Below, piece after piece: positions 62,671 to 64,000 of a DNA stretch of 64,000 nucleotides. A program made the translations under genes and the position numbers. Below the pieces are notes generated by a model that ran no database searches, was not told the DNA's origin, and saw only the letters and a program-made list of their open reading frames with translations. The stretch lies in NCBI GenBank assembly GCA_038727095.1, contig JAVYWK010000006.1, positions 1 to 64,000 on the forward strand, written 5' to 3'. Position 1 is the stretch's first letter. The number at the start of each line of letters is the position of its first letter. Source of the stretch: Thermofilaceae archaeon. Its GTDB lineage: Archaea > Thermoproteota > Thermoprotei > Thermofilales > Thermofilaceae.

Positions 62671-64000
62671 CCTATAATCCTACTTACTGCGGTACGTATC
62701 CCCTCGACTAGGGGGCTTGGGTAAACGCTGAGCGCCACGATAATCGCCGCTATCGAGAGCTCAGCTGTTAGCATCGGGAGGGGGGCTTCGTGAAGCGAGG
62801 GGGCGTGCTTCCGGAAGATCCTGAAAGCGAGGTGAGCATAGACGCCTATTGCTAGGGCGTAACTGACCATGTATACGGCTAGAGCCGCTATTACTGCTGG
62901 ATCGGAGAGCCTGTAAGCCAAACCCGCTATTGTGAAGGTTTTACCGTAGTAGCTGACCATGGGAGGTATTCCAAGCAGATTTGCTAACGCCACGAGCGAG
63001 GCGGCTCCAGTAAAGGGCATGCTGCGACCAAAACCCTCCAGACTCGCTAGACGCCTACTCCCCGTCGCTTCAATAGCGCAACCAACGCTCATGAAGAGGA
63101 GGCTCTTGCTTAGAGAGTGCGCCACCATTTGAACAAAAGCCCCAGTCGCCGCTACGAGAGCTAATTCCTGAGCGCCGAGAAAGCGGGCTCTATAACATGT
63201 ACCTAAGCCCAGCATTATGTAGCCTAAATTGGCTATGGTGGAGTAAGCCAAGAGCCTTTTTACGTCCAACTGGGCCAGCGCAGCCGCGCTACCGACTAAA
63301 CCTGAAATTGCTCCTAGAGTTATCAAGACGTACCCCAATTCGGGCAAGAGCGGCATAACGTTAAACAGGATTCTGGCCAACATAACCAATGGGATGTTAA
63401 CGATAACCCCCGATAGCATCGAGCTGACGGGGCTTGGTGCTGCTGCGTGAGCATCAGGAAGCCACATGTGGAAGGGAACGACGGCTGCTGTCGTACCCAA
63501 CCCGACAATGAACAGAAGGGATGCTGCAGCTACTACCAATCTTGGAGGCTGGTTCGTTCCGATGATTGCGCGTATCTCGTCTAGGTTCGTCGTGCCGCAG
63601 AAACCATAGATTATAGCCGTGGCGTAGAGAGTCGTAAGTGCCCCAAGCGTGCAGGCGACAAGGTACTTGAAAGCTGCTTCAACCGGCTCCCAGTACCACC
63701 ATCTATAAGCTACGAGTGAGTACGCAGATGCAGCAGCCAACTCCCAGAAGCAGAAAAAGGTGAAGAGATCGTTTGAGAATAGGGCTCCCGTGAGGCCGGC
63801 CATCAGGAGCAGAAATAGGGTGTAGTAAGCTGCCCTACGTTCCTCCCTTATGTAGGGTAGCGAGTAAAAAGCGGCCGATAAACCGATTGCGGTGAAAATT
63901 AGAGCTAATGAGCGTGAGAGAGCATCGGCTTTGAACTCGGAGGGAGGGAGGCTGCTGCTCGTTAGCGGCTTATAGACACCTTCCTGCAGGAAGGGTAGAG
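62667..64000 (-). CDS. MrpD/NuoN-like proton-translocating membrane subunit; 5' end lies outside the window
   Basis: DLFTFFCFWE, EAAFKY, PFHMWLPDAHAAAPSP, KRLLAYST; frame stays open from 63803 to the window edge. Confidence 0.88.
   Translation of the reverse strand, partial: LPFLQEGVYKPLTSSSLPPSEFKADALSRSLALIFTAIGLSAAFYSLPYIREERRAAYYTLFLLLMAGLTGALFSNDLFTFFCFWELAAASAYSLVAYRWWYWEPVEAAFKYLVACTLGALTTLYATAIIYGFCGTTNLDEIRAIIGTNQPPRLVVAAASLLFIVGLGTTAAVVPFHMWLPDAHAAAPSPVSSMLSGVIVNIPLVMLARILFNVMPLLPELGYVLITLGAISGLVGSAAALAQLDVKRLLAYSTIANLGYIMLGLGTCYRARFLGAQELALVAATGAFVQMVAHSLSKSLLFMSVGCAIEATGSRRLASLEGFGRSMPFTGAASLVALANLLGIPPMVSYYGKTFTIAGLAYRLSDPAVIAALAVYMVSYALAIGVYAHLAFRIFRKHAPSLHEAPLPMLTAELSIAAIIVALSVYPSPLVEGIRTAVSRIIG

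Noticed and set aside
1-64000. CRISPR array associated with cas4
   Set aside because: No regularly spaced repeat-spacer pattern seen anywhere in the window

Overview
Chromosomal DNA from a GC-rich hyperthermophilic crenarchaeon. Gene content, leaderless TATA promoters and a tRNA with two non-canonical introns point to Thermofilaceae/Thermoproteales (inference). The flanks (1-12 kb and 39.7-64 kb) are mostly housekeeping and catabolic genes: sugar isomerases, an ABC-2 exporter, a solo Cas4, GH29, GH116 and GH5-like hydrolases, Sua5, a Hrq1/MrfA-like helicase, a Liv ABC transporter, DtdA, PfkB, a radical SAM enzyme and Nuo/Mrp antiporter-like subunits. The centre (12.0-39.5 kb, ending at the 3' end of tRNA-Arg(CCT)) is a 27-kb cell-surface/DNA-transfer locus. 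It holds a Ced/Ted-like operon (VirB2-like pilin, two CedA/VirB6-like paralogs, VirB4-like ATPase) and a type IV pilus system (ATPase, platform protein, three major pilins, several minor pilins). It also holds an oppositely oriented adhesin block flanked by a 17-bp imperfect inverted repeat, a gene split at a C7 homopolymer, a degenerate tyrosine-recombinase-like ORF, a ParA/wHTH/ParB trio around a palindrome, and a catalytically dead HerA/VirD4-like protein. Three unannotated small RNAs are readable directly: a C/D box RNA in tandem with an H/ACA RNA behind sua5, and a K-turn RNA just upstream of the tRNA. All protein calls come from motif recognition by eye; no database searches were run.
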